From assembly GCA_965153355.1 (NCBI GenBank), contig OZ231126.1, forward strand, positions 20,770,001 through 20,834,000: a stretch of DNA of 64,000 nt. The letters are read 5' to 3'. The translations under genes were made by a program, and so were the position numbers. The notes under the pieces are model-generated. The model did not search any database. It was not told the origin of the DNA and saw nothing but the letters and a program-made list of their open reading frames with translations. This document shows, one piece after another, positions 1-11,752 of the stretch (position 1 is the stretch's first letter; each line of letters begins with the position of its first letter). This DNA comes from Flaccisagitta enflata (taxonomy: Eukaryota).

Positions 1-140
1 TAGACATTAATTCAATCGCAAAAGCATTAGCTTGTAGATTTTTGGCATAGTAGAAAAATGATGTCGGCTTCTAGAATTGTAGATTTTTGTCATAGTAGAA
101 AAATGATGTCGGCTATAGAAAGTGAAGCTATAGAAATAGA

Positions 141-265
<125 letters not shown>

Positions 266-285
266 TGTGTGTGTGTGTGTTCGAA

Positions 286-522
286 GCGCTACCGCACAAG
301 CGCCATGCACGAGCGCCGCGCGATTGCACCAGCGCCACCCCACAAGCGCCACGTGGCAGCAGAGGCGCCGCCCCACAAGCACATCGAGACTGCAGTAGTG
401 CCGCCCCGCAAGCGACACGCGGCAGCTATAGTGCTGCATCGCTCGCGCCCCGCGACTGCTATAGTGCCGTCACACACGCGCCATACGCCATCAGTAGCGC
501 CGCCGCACACGCGCCACAACGC
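286..522. repeat. Degenerate 33-bp GC-rich minisatellite
   Basis: Units start at about 332, 365, 398, 431, 464 and 497; consensus ~GCGCCGCCCCACAAGCGCCACGCGACTGCAGTA. Confidence 0.7.
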
Positions 523-1467
523 TTCACTTCCACTTTCGATTTTATCGAATTTTTTTTCATGAATTTTTGAAAAATGCAAACGCAAGCATTTTTTTTTTTC
601 ACAGCGAAAAGGGAAACTCGAAATGGCAAAGGAAAACGAAAATGGCGAATTTACTCCTTGGGGATCAATTTGCCGATAAAAACTCACAAAATGTCAAAAA
701 CACAACTGAGGCTCTTACTCCTTTAACACACTTTCTAAAATATCATTTCGAAAATCATTCAAGTTAGTGGCAAGTTAGCGGCATGGTTAGCAGATCTCTC
801 GTTTTAGAATTAGGGTTTGTTGAACAGATACTAGGTTAGAAAGCGTAGTAAGAGTTACTTCCTAAAGCTGCTGAACATAGAGTTTTTCCCACCTATGTAA
901 GATGAAGTCGCGGGAAAAAACCAGGGGGACAACCAATAGTGAGCTCATGTCGTTAAAAGGTTTTGTTCAATTTCACTATCAACGAAAGCAAAAAACTATC
1001 GTCGAAGAATTGTACGATTATATTATCCTTACTGAATGGTGTGATGAAGTCACCAAAGCTGCCGATTTCAGGCCACCCTGATCGCAATCCGCCAAGAAAG
1101 TTCCACAGATATGCCAGTGATTCATTTCAACTTGAGTTTTCACGTTGAATAGTAAGTTAATAATCATCTAACTTATTCTAATCTAGGCCAACATTCAATT
1201 CATATCTAGTAACTCAGCGTTTTAAGAAAAAGCTCATCTTCAAACCTGGACATGCTTGAGAAAAAATTGAATGTAAAGCGAGAAACAAAAAAACACAAAT
1301 GTAATTCCTTCTTCTGTGGCGACATCCAAAATTGCCATGCACAGCTTTATGCAAATGAGCTTTTAGTGAGTTCACACGTAAATAGGGTAAGTGCATGTAT
1401 GCATGCGTGTGTGTGTAAGCGTGTGTGTGTTTGTTTGTTTGTTTGTTTGTTTGTTTGTTTGTTTGTT

Positions 1468-1553
<86 letters not shown>

Positions 1554-2232
1554 CGCGTGTGTGTTCGTGTGTTCGTGTATGACTTTTTGGATTTCTATAT
1601 CTATGTACATAAAGTTACCATAATGTCCTCGCAACTACATCCCTCAGGTTATCCTAATGTTTTATCTTCTGTAGGTTCATTTCGATATTTTCAATAAGCA
1701 ATGAGGATGCAAGTCTCATGCATCCACGAAAATGAGAAAATTCAGCACTCCTTCACACAACTCTGGGAAACAATTCATGCACAAAAGAAGAAGACCTGAA
1801 TCTTTGATTGGCGGCGGTTAATAAGTCCATCAAACCCTCGCCAACGATTCTCGGCCGAAAGCGTAGCAAAAATCGGCGGCTCAAATCAATTATATATATT
1901 CCCCCTTTTTTACGAGATTCGCCAAAAGTCGAAAATTTGACAAGAGCAAATCGAAAATTCGGGCAATTTTCAAAGACGCAAAGCTGATGATGACGACAAC
2001 GACGACGGCGACGACGACAACGACGAAAGCGATGATGATTTCGACGACAGCGATGACGGCGACGTCGACAGTGACGAGGGCAGAGTGAATCTTTTAAAGT
2101 CTTAAACCTGATTGAGTTTTTATCGCTCGTTTTCGGCTCTGCGACTTTGGGGTGGTCTTGGCTCGTTTTGCACGTTCGATCCCTCCTCCAAAGCCATCGA
2201 GATCGAGAGAGAGTCGCGCACTTGTCGTTTAA

Positions 2233-2511
2233 GGGCGTGTTTCTAGTGAAGATACAAAACGCGTTTGTTCCCACTGAACGCCTTTACAGCGTGAACAGTG
2301 AACACATATCTAATAATTTCACAGTCCCCCTAGGGAGTGAGCGAAGTGAGTGAGCGAGCCCATGAATGGAGTGAGCGAGTGAAGCAAGCATAGCAAAGCC
2401 GAGCGCTGTGGAGCAAGTGAGCGGAGTGAGCGGTGTGAGTGAATGAACAAACATAGCGAGCGACTGAGTGGCCCGTTCAAAACGCGGTTGTCTGTGACTA
2501 GAAACGCGCCC
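2233..2511. mobile_element. TIR MITE flanked by 23-bp direct repeats
   Basis: TIRs GGGCGTGTTTCTAGT / ACTAGAAACGCGCCC (14/15). Flanks AGAGTCGCGCACTTGTCGTTTAA (2210-2232) and AGAGTTTCGCACTTGTCGTTTAA (2512-2534). Interior is rich in GAGTGAGC motifs. Confidence 0.7.
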
Positions 2512-2961
2512 AGAGTTTCGCACTTGTCGTTTAAAACTGATAACGGATAAAACAAGATGTTCAAAGGTTAAAATTCTTATCTCTTATCGGGAATTTCGCA
2601 TCCTCGTCAAATTTTCGTTTAGGTTTGTTTTGCTTTTACCTGAAGCCTTAGTCATCATTTCAATTTTGTGCATGTGTAAGTTTCTTGAGCGATTGAACAC
2701 TTTGCATCCGTGATTAGATTATTGACGCACAAGTCTCAATAACTCCCCTTTTCCATTAAAGGTGAAAAAAAAACAAAACAAAGCAAAAAAAAAAAAAAAA
2801 AAAAACAACAACAATCTGCTTTCTCAGCCCAGCCTCCGTCACAATCAAAACCCCCCATCTGGTTCAAACTGAGTTATGCAAATTATGTGTATGAGTAATA
2901 TGACACGTCTTCATCGCTCCTTGTCACCTAAAAGGCGCTTCATTGAAAAGCGTCCCCAAGA

Positions 2962-3038
2962 GACCACCAGCGCAGGAATCCGTGACCACCCAATCCGAGA
3001 TGCTGAGACCACCCAAATTGCGGCGCTAAGACCACCCT
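2962..3038. promoter_or_regulatory. Homotypic Gli/Ci-type site cluster (candidate Hedgehog-responsive enhancer)
   Basis: GACCACCAG 2962, GACCACCCA 2984, GACCACCCA 3007 and GACCACCCT 3030, separated by non-repetitive spacers. Further sites at 2149 (one mismatch) and 3708 (perfect, reverse strand). Confidence 0.55.
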
Positions 3039-3261
3039 CACGACGTTGATGCCCCACTGAGAGGCGTTGCCTACTTTCGCTTACGAACGAGTCTCATTGA
3101 AAACCGAAAAGAGATCGAGGAATAATCTAAAGCTCACTTCATCGAATCTTGAGGATACATTTTAGCAAAGATTGGACCCTTAAATGTGGCTTATCGTAGA
3201 CCTGTAACAGCTAAGACATCGAGTTGAGGATAAAAATATTTGGGGCGGCTTCACTTCCTTT

Positions 3262-3518
3262 TTAGATGCGTCCGTCAGGAACGCATCTCTATAAGAGGGC
3301 TTGTCCGTCCGTCGGTCCGTCCGTCGGTATGTCCGTTACGCTTGTGCGAAAACCGCGTTTCCCGGCTGTTTCTGGCCACAGAGTTATCCCACACTAAATT
3401 CATCGACCGACAAGCAGGTTTGAGCGAGATATCTGTCCTTCCATGTATCTGACATGTCTATCGCCATAGTCAATACACGCAAGGACACATGACGCATCTT
3501 TGCCCGGTCGGGCTTGTT
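3262..3518 (+). mobile_element. Helentron-associated (DINE-1/HINE-like) element, AGATGCGTC subfamily
   Basis: T-run, AGATGCGTC...CGCATCT palindrome, (GTCC/GTCG)n, inverted GACGCATCT at 3491, terminal hairpin GCCCG-GT-CGGGC, then TTGTT. Related copies at ~54848 and ~55115. Confidence 0.7.
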
Positions 3519-4801
3519 TTCTGTTAAGTGTGGTGCATCCATTGGATGGTCATGTTCTTATAAGTTATATTGTGCAAATGATGTTCAAAAGCCAGTGTTT
3601 CTAGTGGCGACCGCCTGCTAGCTTCTTCCAATCCAAAATCTACACGGCAGACGCAGACATTTATCCAGTATGGCCATTTTCCCATTTGTAAGTGGCGGCA
3701 TTTGCCTTGGGTGGTCTCAATGAAGCCCGCGGGTTTCCTCGTGTCCTCTTTGGTGGTATTTGGGATGAGATCCTCGCCAAAAAAGGACCAAAAAAGACAG
3801 TTTCATCGCTTCGTAGTTAAAGACTTATTTAATTACGCCAATCGAAAATCGAATATATATGTACACAGCTCGAAATTTGCCACCCGAACTCCAATTATCT
3901 CTATGACGAATTTAATGACGGGCGGAGGAAATGAAAGAGAAATCCTTGGTTATATGTTCTAGTCTTGCTTATGGGAACTCGTTGGGAACTTTTCTCTTTT
4001 GATCTGGCTAGCTACCAATTTCGGTTTGTATTTTCGACTGCTTCGCTGTATGTGTGTATCAAGGTCCTTTGTCCTTTAGAGTGAGCGTATAACATGGCAA
4101 TCTTGGTCTAACTATCATGGCTATATATCAGTACAGAGTAACTGAAAACTAAGGATGATTATCTGATTTGTTCCTATTTTCTTCCAACGCTCTATAATTC
4201 CTTTTATTATTTCTGATTTAAACTGCCCGGCACACTGATTTAATTTTCGTAACTGTGTTGGTACTTTTTTTGGCGCGACAAAAAATTTCTATAACTGGCT
4301 GTGTCCGTTGATCGGTCTGTCTGTCGGTCTGTCGGGTAACGCATTTGTTCGACGATCCACACGTCGCACCTTAATGGCCTACTTGGCCTTGTTATTTATG
4401 TTAAGGACTTTCTCAAACGTCTCTCCTTTTCGCCCAATGAGACTCACCCGCTAAGTCGGTCCGTCGGTCGGTTGGTCGGTTGGTCGTTTTTTAGCTTCTT
4501 GAGCATATGGCTCCTGCCCAGATGCCCTAGTGACCTTCTCCAGCACTGCTCCTGCCCACCCGCACGCGACTAGGGTAGCCGTGTATTCGGCCTTCTTTAA
4601 GTTAAGGGACATTCTCTAACGTCTCTCCTTTTCGCCCAGACGATAGGCACGGTTAAGCCGTGGATGGGTTGCCATCATTGCTTTTTTAAAACCCTCTTTT
4701 TATTCATTGATTGTAAAAATAAAAATCTTAACCTCAATTGTTTTGATGACTTTCCAGTAGTAACCATCAAACGTAATACGAAAGAAGAGCCATATGATGT
4801 A

Positions 4802-4849
<48 letters not shown>

Positions 4850-5002
4850 TGGGAGGGAGAGGTCGCCCATGTTTTTCTATGACCAGTCAGCCTAATTTGA
4901 TGACATGAGATTAAAAAGAAACTGTCGTGTTGTAAAATTATTACAAGCGATGACACGAAAGAAAGAAAACGGATATGCATGCAGTCTTATCTCTGGCTTT
5001 GT

Positions 5003-5100
<98 letters not shown>

Positions 5101-5272
5101 ATAAGAGAATGAGCAAAAACCCAGGCGCCGTTAAAGTATAAAACAATCGTTAAGTAGAGTTTATCCTTTGTTGTAAGTTCGTACAGTATATGGCACTCTT
5201 TAAAATTGATGGTCCTTATATCGTTTTGGACGAACGGCACCAGGGTTTGAAAACGCGTACACCACGTTTTAG

Positions 5273-5308
<36 letters not shown>

Positions 5309-5448
5309 CCTTTCTCATTCATTTCATGAGATTCGCAGTTCCGCTTTACCGTCTAGCTGTAACCTTTATTAGATGATAACCTGATCATCATCATCATCTC
5401 TTCCTCTACTTTACCATTCTGGTTTTTCGGCGCATCTTTCGCGCTCTC

Positions 5449-5575
5449 ATTGGTCAACATCGGCTTAGGTCGGCCTCTGATTGGTCCATTGGCGGTCGAG
5501 CGGAAGAATAAAACGGGGCGGTGGCGGCGTTACGGGGAAAAATATATAAAAAAAAAGTATAAAGAAGGGAATTCC
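5449..5575 (+). promoter_or_regulatory. Pol II promoter-like module: 3 inverted CCAAT boxes, GC box, TATA box
   Basis: ATTGG at 5449, 5480 and 5488; GGGGCGG at 5515; TATATAAA at 5543 (second TATAAA at 5558). Canonical order and spacing. Confidence 0.45.
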
Positions 5576-5732
5576 GCCTATAGAAGATATATGGACGGAT
5601 CATGCGTGAACGGTTGCCTGCCTCTTGCGCGATCAATTCCTCCCTTGTCTTTCTTTGTCTGTCGTTTTCTGTCTGTCTGTCGGCCGGACTGAAACTGTTT
5701 CTCTGTTTGTCTATGTCTCCCCATCTGTATGC

Positions 5733-5766
<34 letters not shown>

Positions 5767-5996
5767 CTTCAATAACTTCTTATTCATACTCAAAAAGGGA
5801 TTTTATGCTAACTATCAAAAGCTAACGATAGATACGTAAAAATTAAAGCCCGCTCATTTCGATTTATTTACGAAAGTCGACAGTAAAAATCGGAAATTTC
5901 AGTGTTTGTTTTTCAGAGTTTTATCCGCTGATAAATAACTTCTAGTACCTGGAAATGCTTGAGACCGTTTAGTTTTAGTACGAAGAGAAATAACAG

Positions 5997-6080
<84 letters not shown>

Positions 6081-6181
6081 TTGTTGTTGTTGTTGTTGTT
6101 GTTTTTGTTGTTGTGGGTGTTACTGGGGACCAGAGGGGTACCGGGTAACTCGACATACAGTAGCTCATGCGTTGAATCATA

Positions 6182-6800
6182 CATTACCTTCCGAGCAAAC
6201 CGGGCTAAAACTGGAGAATTAATTTTTGTTACTTTAATTTCATTTTTTAAACTGCGTTTTTTGTATTTAACTTAATTACAAGATACTTAATTCCTTCAAC
6301 ATATTTTGCTGTAAAAAAAATTAACTTGTGAAATCAAATTGTATGAAGACATCAATATGGAGTGTTCTAACCAAGATCATTGAATTCAGCAGAAAATTTT
6401 ACCTATCGAAGAGTACAAGAACAGCTTAATCAGACAATTATTTTAGGTTTTATGGCCATTTAAAGTTTTTAAGGATAATTGTCCTTAATTATTTTGAGAC
6501 AATTGTCCTTAAAACCATAAAATAGCTGTAAAACCTGAACTAATAGTCTGATTGAGCTGTTCTTGTAGTCTAGGATAGGTAAAATTTTCTGCTGAATCCA
6601 ATGGTCTGGGTTAAAACACTCCATATTGATGTCTTCATGCACTTTGATTTCACGAGTTATTTTTTTTTGACAGCCAAATATGTTCAAGGAATTAAGTAAC
6701 TTTTAATCAAGTTTGATACAAAAAATGAAGTTTGGGAAATGAAATTAAGGTAAGAAAAATTAATCCTCCAGTTTTAGCCGGGTTTGCTCGGAAGGTACTG
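6182..6800. mobile_element. Foldback MITE, Tc1/mariner-like, TA target duplication
   Basis: Termini CATTACCTTCCGAGCAAAC / GTTTGCTCGGAAGGTACTG, each flanked by TA. The two halves are imperfect reverse complements over nearly the whole length. Confidence 0.85.
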
Positions 6801-7053
6801 TATCAAAAGATTCATGGCTGATAATATATCTGCTTCATATTCATAACAAGGCAGGATTCCCAGTCACTCTCTGTCCCCCGGTGACTCAGCAAAGGCGTCT
6901 CGGACCGACGGACCAACCGAAGAATGAGAAGTGAAATTTGCCATTATATTAGCTACAAAACATCGACGAAACAACGATCGATATGAAATCGTAATACTGA
7001 TCAGTAACCACAACAACGAAACCCAATACGACCACCACAACTCTGACTCCAAT

Positions 7054-7540
<487 letters not shown>

Positions 7541-7633
7541 AACGAATTTTCTTTTTGAAAAGCACCAGATGCTGCGAGTCGGTCTGATGTGATCGGACAA
7601 TGCCTTGCCTCTCTTCAACCCCCTTTCATCTTT

Positions 7634-7703
<70 letters not shown>

Positions 7704-8031
7704 GTGACTGCGTAGGCACCGAGGCGACACCAAAAACATAAAATTCTTAATCTTTTGCAAAATTAAATCCTCATCCAAGCCAAAAGCCTTAATCTTCACC
7801 GTCGGGTCACATGGGCGCGGTGGAGCGTTGAGAGACAGAAAGACAGACAGAGACAGAGACCGAGATGGAGTTGGAGAGGAAAAGAGAAAGAAATAACGGC
7901 AGACAGACAAACTAAAAGAACTTACAGTTAGATGAAACTTATCTTTAAAACAAAACAGCAGCTACATCGGCAAAATCTCATCCATCTATCTAATCATGTG
8001 CAAAAACAGCAGATCAGGATTGTCAACAACT

Positions 8032-8068
<37 letters not shown>

Positions 8069-8076
8069 CCACAACC

Positions 8077-8229
<153 letters not shown>

Positions 8230-9180
8230 CTCAACCGTCATTTCCAGACGGCTTTAACGATTTTAAAGGATTTTTTTTTCTCTTTCTCTCTTGGCAGATT
8301 AACGTTTCTGATATTTTGATGACATTTTTGGTCTTTTGTTCGTTGTTGGCAGCCGATTTTATTAGAAAACATAAAGTCGTTGTTTGTTCGTAACGCCGTT
8401 TATACGACCTCGTATGAGGCATGTGGGGTGACCACATATAAGGCATATGACCGCACATATAAGGTCAGTTGTCTACGCGGCATGAAGAAAGAAAAGGTCG
8501 CGGCGATTGTTAATATCGTTGTTCCATATATTTTTCTATTGATGGGTGGCAGAGGATGAATGGATGTACTTTGCCGAAGGGGAAAAAAAAAGAAGATGAA
8601 ATGAAATATTCATTTTCATGATTTCAACTCGTGAATATAACACGTTCATGAACGTTGTCGCGAGGAAAACCTACAATTTCGAGTTAGGTCAAATAAAGGT
8701 CAAGTCACATCACTTGGACTCAACATTTTCATCGATCTAGTAAATCAATTAATCAAGAAATCAATCAAGAAATCAATCAATCAATCTTTTTCATCCATCC
8801 ACCACTATGAACAAGATGCAACACTCAATATTTTCATCCAGTCAGTAAAATCCGCGTGATTTATCAGTATTCGGTAACAAATTGGTACTCGGGTTTCGGT
8901 CCTACCAATCTTCCGATTCGCTTTTTACAGTTTACAGTTTACAGTTTACAGTGCTTTTTACAGTTGAACACAATTTTGTTCACAAACCCTGCAAAATCAC
9001 CTCAACTTTTGCATTCCGTGCTGCTCATTAAATGCAGAGACTTCTCTCGTGACTTTTGAGAGTGAGACGCCAATGCGCGTGTCCTTTCCAAGTTGCTTCT
9101 TCATTTTCTTCTCATTAACTGTTCATGATCTCATGCTCTATTCCTAACATTCTCTCTGACTCTCTGTCTCTGTCTCTCTG

Positions 9181-9213
<33 letters not shown>

Positions 9214-9234
9214 GTCTCTCTGTCTCTCTCTCTG

Positions 9235-9340
<106 letters not shown>

Positions 9341-9429
9341 GCTGTATGAGCTGGCATCGATGTGGGCGTGACCGTTTCGCGTAAAAATGGGAGGAACTCG
9401 ACTCTTGAAGCGTCAGAATGCCAAAAGTC

Positions 9430-9610
<181 letters not shown>

Positions 9611-9611
9611 G

Positions 9612-9700
<89 letters not shown>

Positions 9701-9780
9701 TGAGAGGGAGAGAGGTCAGATAGATAGACAAGTGGCTTACCCGCATGCTGAAGCACTAGTAAACAAGGCCAAGTAGTTTA

Positions 9781-10418
9781 CAGATGAAAGAAAAATTTAT
9801 GGTGTGGAGGCACCCCCTTTAGCTTATCAAGCTGGATAAATTTTCTTACTTAAAGTGGTTTTGAGCACTTTTGGTGAATATAAATGGTGCCCCTATGGCG
9901 ATCTTTAACATTCTACGTAGAACCCTCAAATATACCACATTTTTCCAAAAAAGAAAAAAAAACACCTGATAAAATCCTGAAAAAAAATCTCTTTTCTTAA
10001 TTTTGTAAAAAAATTTGTTTGAATTGTGTTTTACAGAGCCAGTACACCGCATTAATCATGATGTTTGTGTTGTTTTCCAATTTTTCATTTCCAAAATAGG
10101 AAGAATTGGAAAACAAACTAGAAAAACATTATTTATAGTGGGTAAAAACTTAGTAATTATATTATCATAAATTTTTACAACATTAAAAAAAATAATATCT
10201 TGTTTTTTAGGCATTTCGCTATGTGCTCATTTTGAGAGCAAAACATGTTAAATTTGAGGGTTCTAGGTAGAATCTCAAAAATCGCCATAGTGGCGCCATT
10301 TCTATTCCCCCAAAGCGTTCAAAACCACTTTCAATGAGAAAATTGATTTAGCCAAAAAGGTTGTAGGGGGTTGCAAAAAATGAATGTGCCTCCACACCTT
10401 AAAATTTTGGTCCGTCTG
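9781..10418. mobile_element. Tc1/mariner-like MITE with long imperfect inverted arms
   Basis: TA-CAGATG...GGTGTGGAGGCAC versus GTGCCTCCACACC...CGTCTG-TA. Inner inverted arms at about 9840-9930 and 10250-10343. Confidence 0.8.
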
Positions 10419-11117
10419 TAATTGTTGCACCGTGTGAATTGTCCGTCCCACCGCGGTGTTCCGTGGCCAAAAACTACTCTCTATCCAGACCAGAGAACAA
10501 CCACCTAAAATACCACACGTTCATAAGTACATCCTGCCAACTGTCTATCCGTTCCTCTGTCCGCCCGTCCCTTTTACCTTTTTTGGGATTTTTGAACTGC
10601 GCGCTTCTGCCTAGAAATGCCCAGGTGACTTTTTAGTCGCGGACACCTTGCCCAGTTGGTCCGTCCGTCCGTCCGTCCGTCCGTCCGTCCGTCCGTCCGT
10701 CCGTCCGTCCGTCCGTCCGTCCGTCCGTCCGTCCGTCCGAAATATTTCTAAAATTGCGGTTTTCGCATTACAGCTCCTGCCCAACCGTCTGCGATCCGTT
10801 ATCACATCCTCCGCTCACCCACACGCGGCTGGGGTCTTTCCAACCGACGTGCATCATTTCCGAACATAATCACGCTCACAAGATGTGGGGTAGTTTTCCA
10901 CATCTCCGAGGTCTGTGATGATCACGTGAACCTTTCGGAATTTGCTAATTGCCCATCATTTTTCCGGCGGTTAGCTTTTTGTCTGCCTCATGATTCGGAA
11001 GCGTTTGTGTTACAACATAGCTCAAAGCTGTATTACCCAAAATGAGAAACCAAAAGGAATTTTTTCGAAGCCCAAAAATGCGGAAGACTCAAAAATTCCT
11101 GCAGTAAGCGGGTTAGG

Positions 11118-11507
<390 letters not shown>

Positions 11508-11705
11508 GGCGGTAAACCGGATTTCGGTTCTTTGATCTTCGCCATTTTTACGACGTTTTTGTCATCCCAGTAATTTCCCGGGCGCGAAATTCTTCACATG
11601 GACGTGTCAATTGCGTGCAACCAAAGGAAAAATCCTTTTAAGGGAGAGCAAGTGAGACAAGTGAGGTAATGTAGGGGAAATGAAGAGAGAAAGAGAGAGA
11701 GAGAG

Positions 11706-11752
<47 letters not shown>

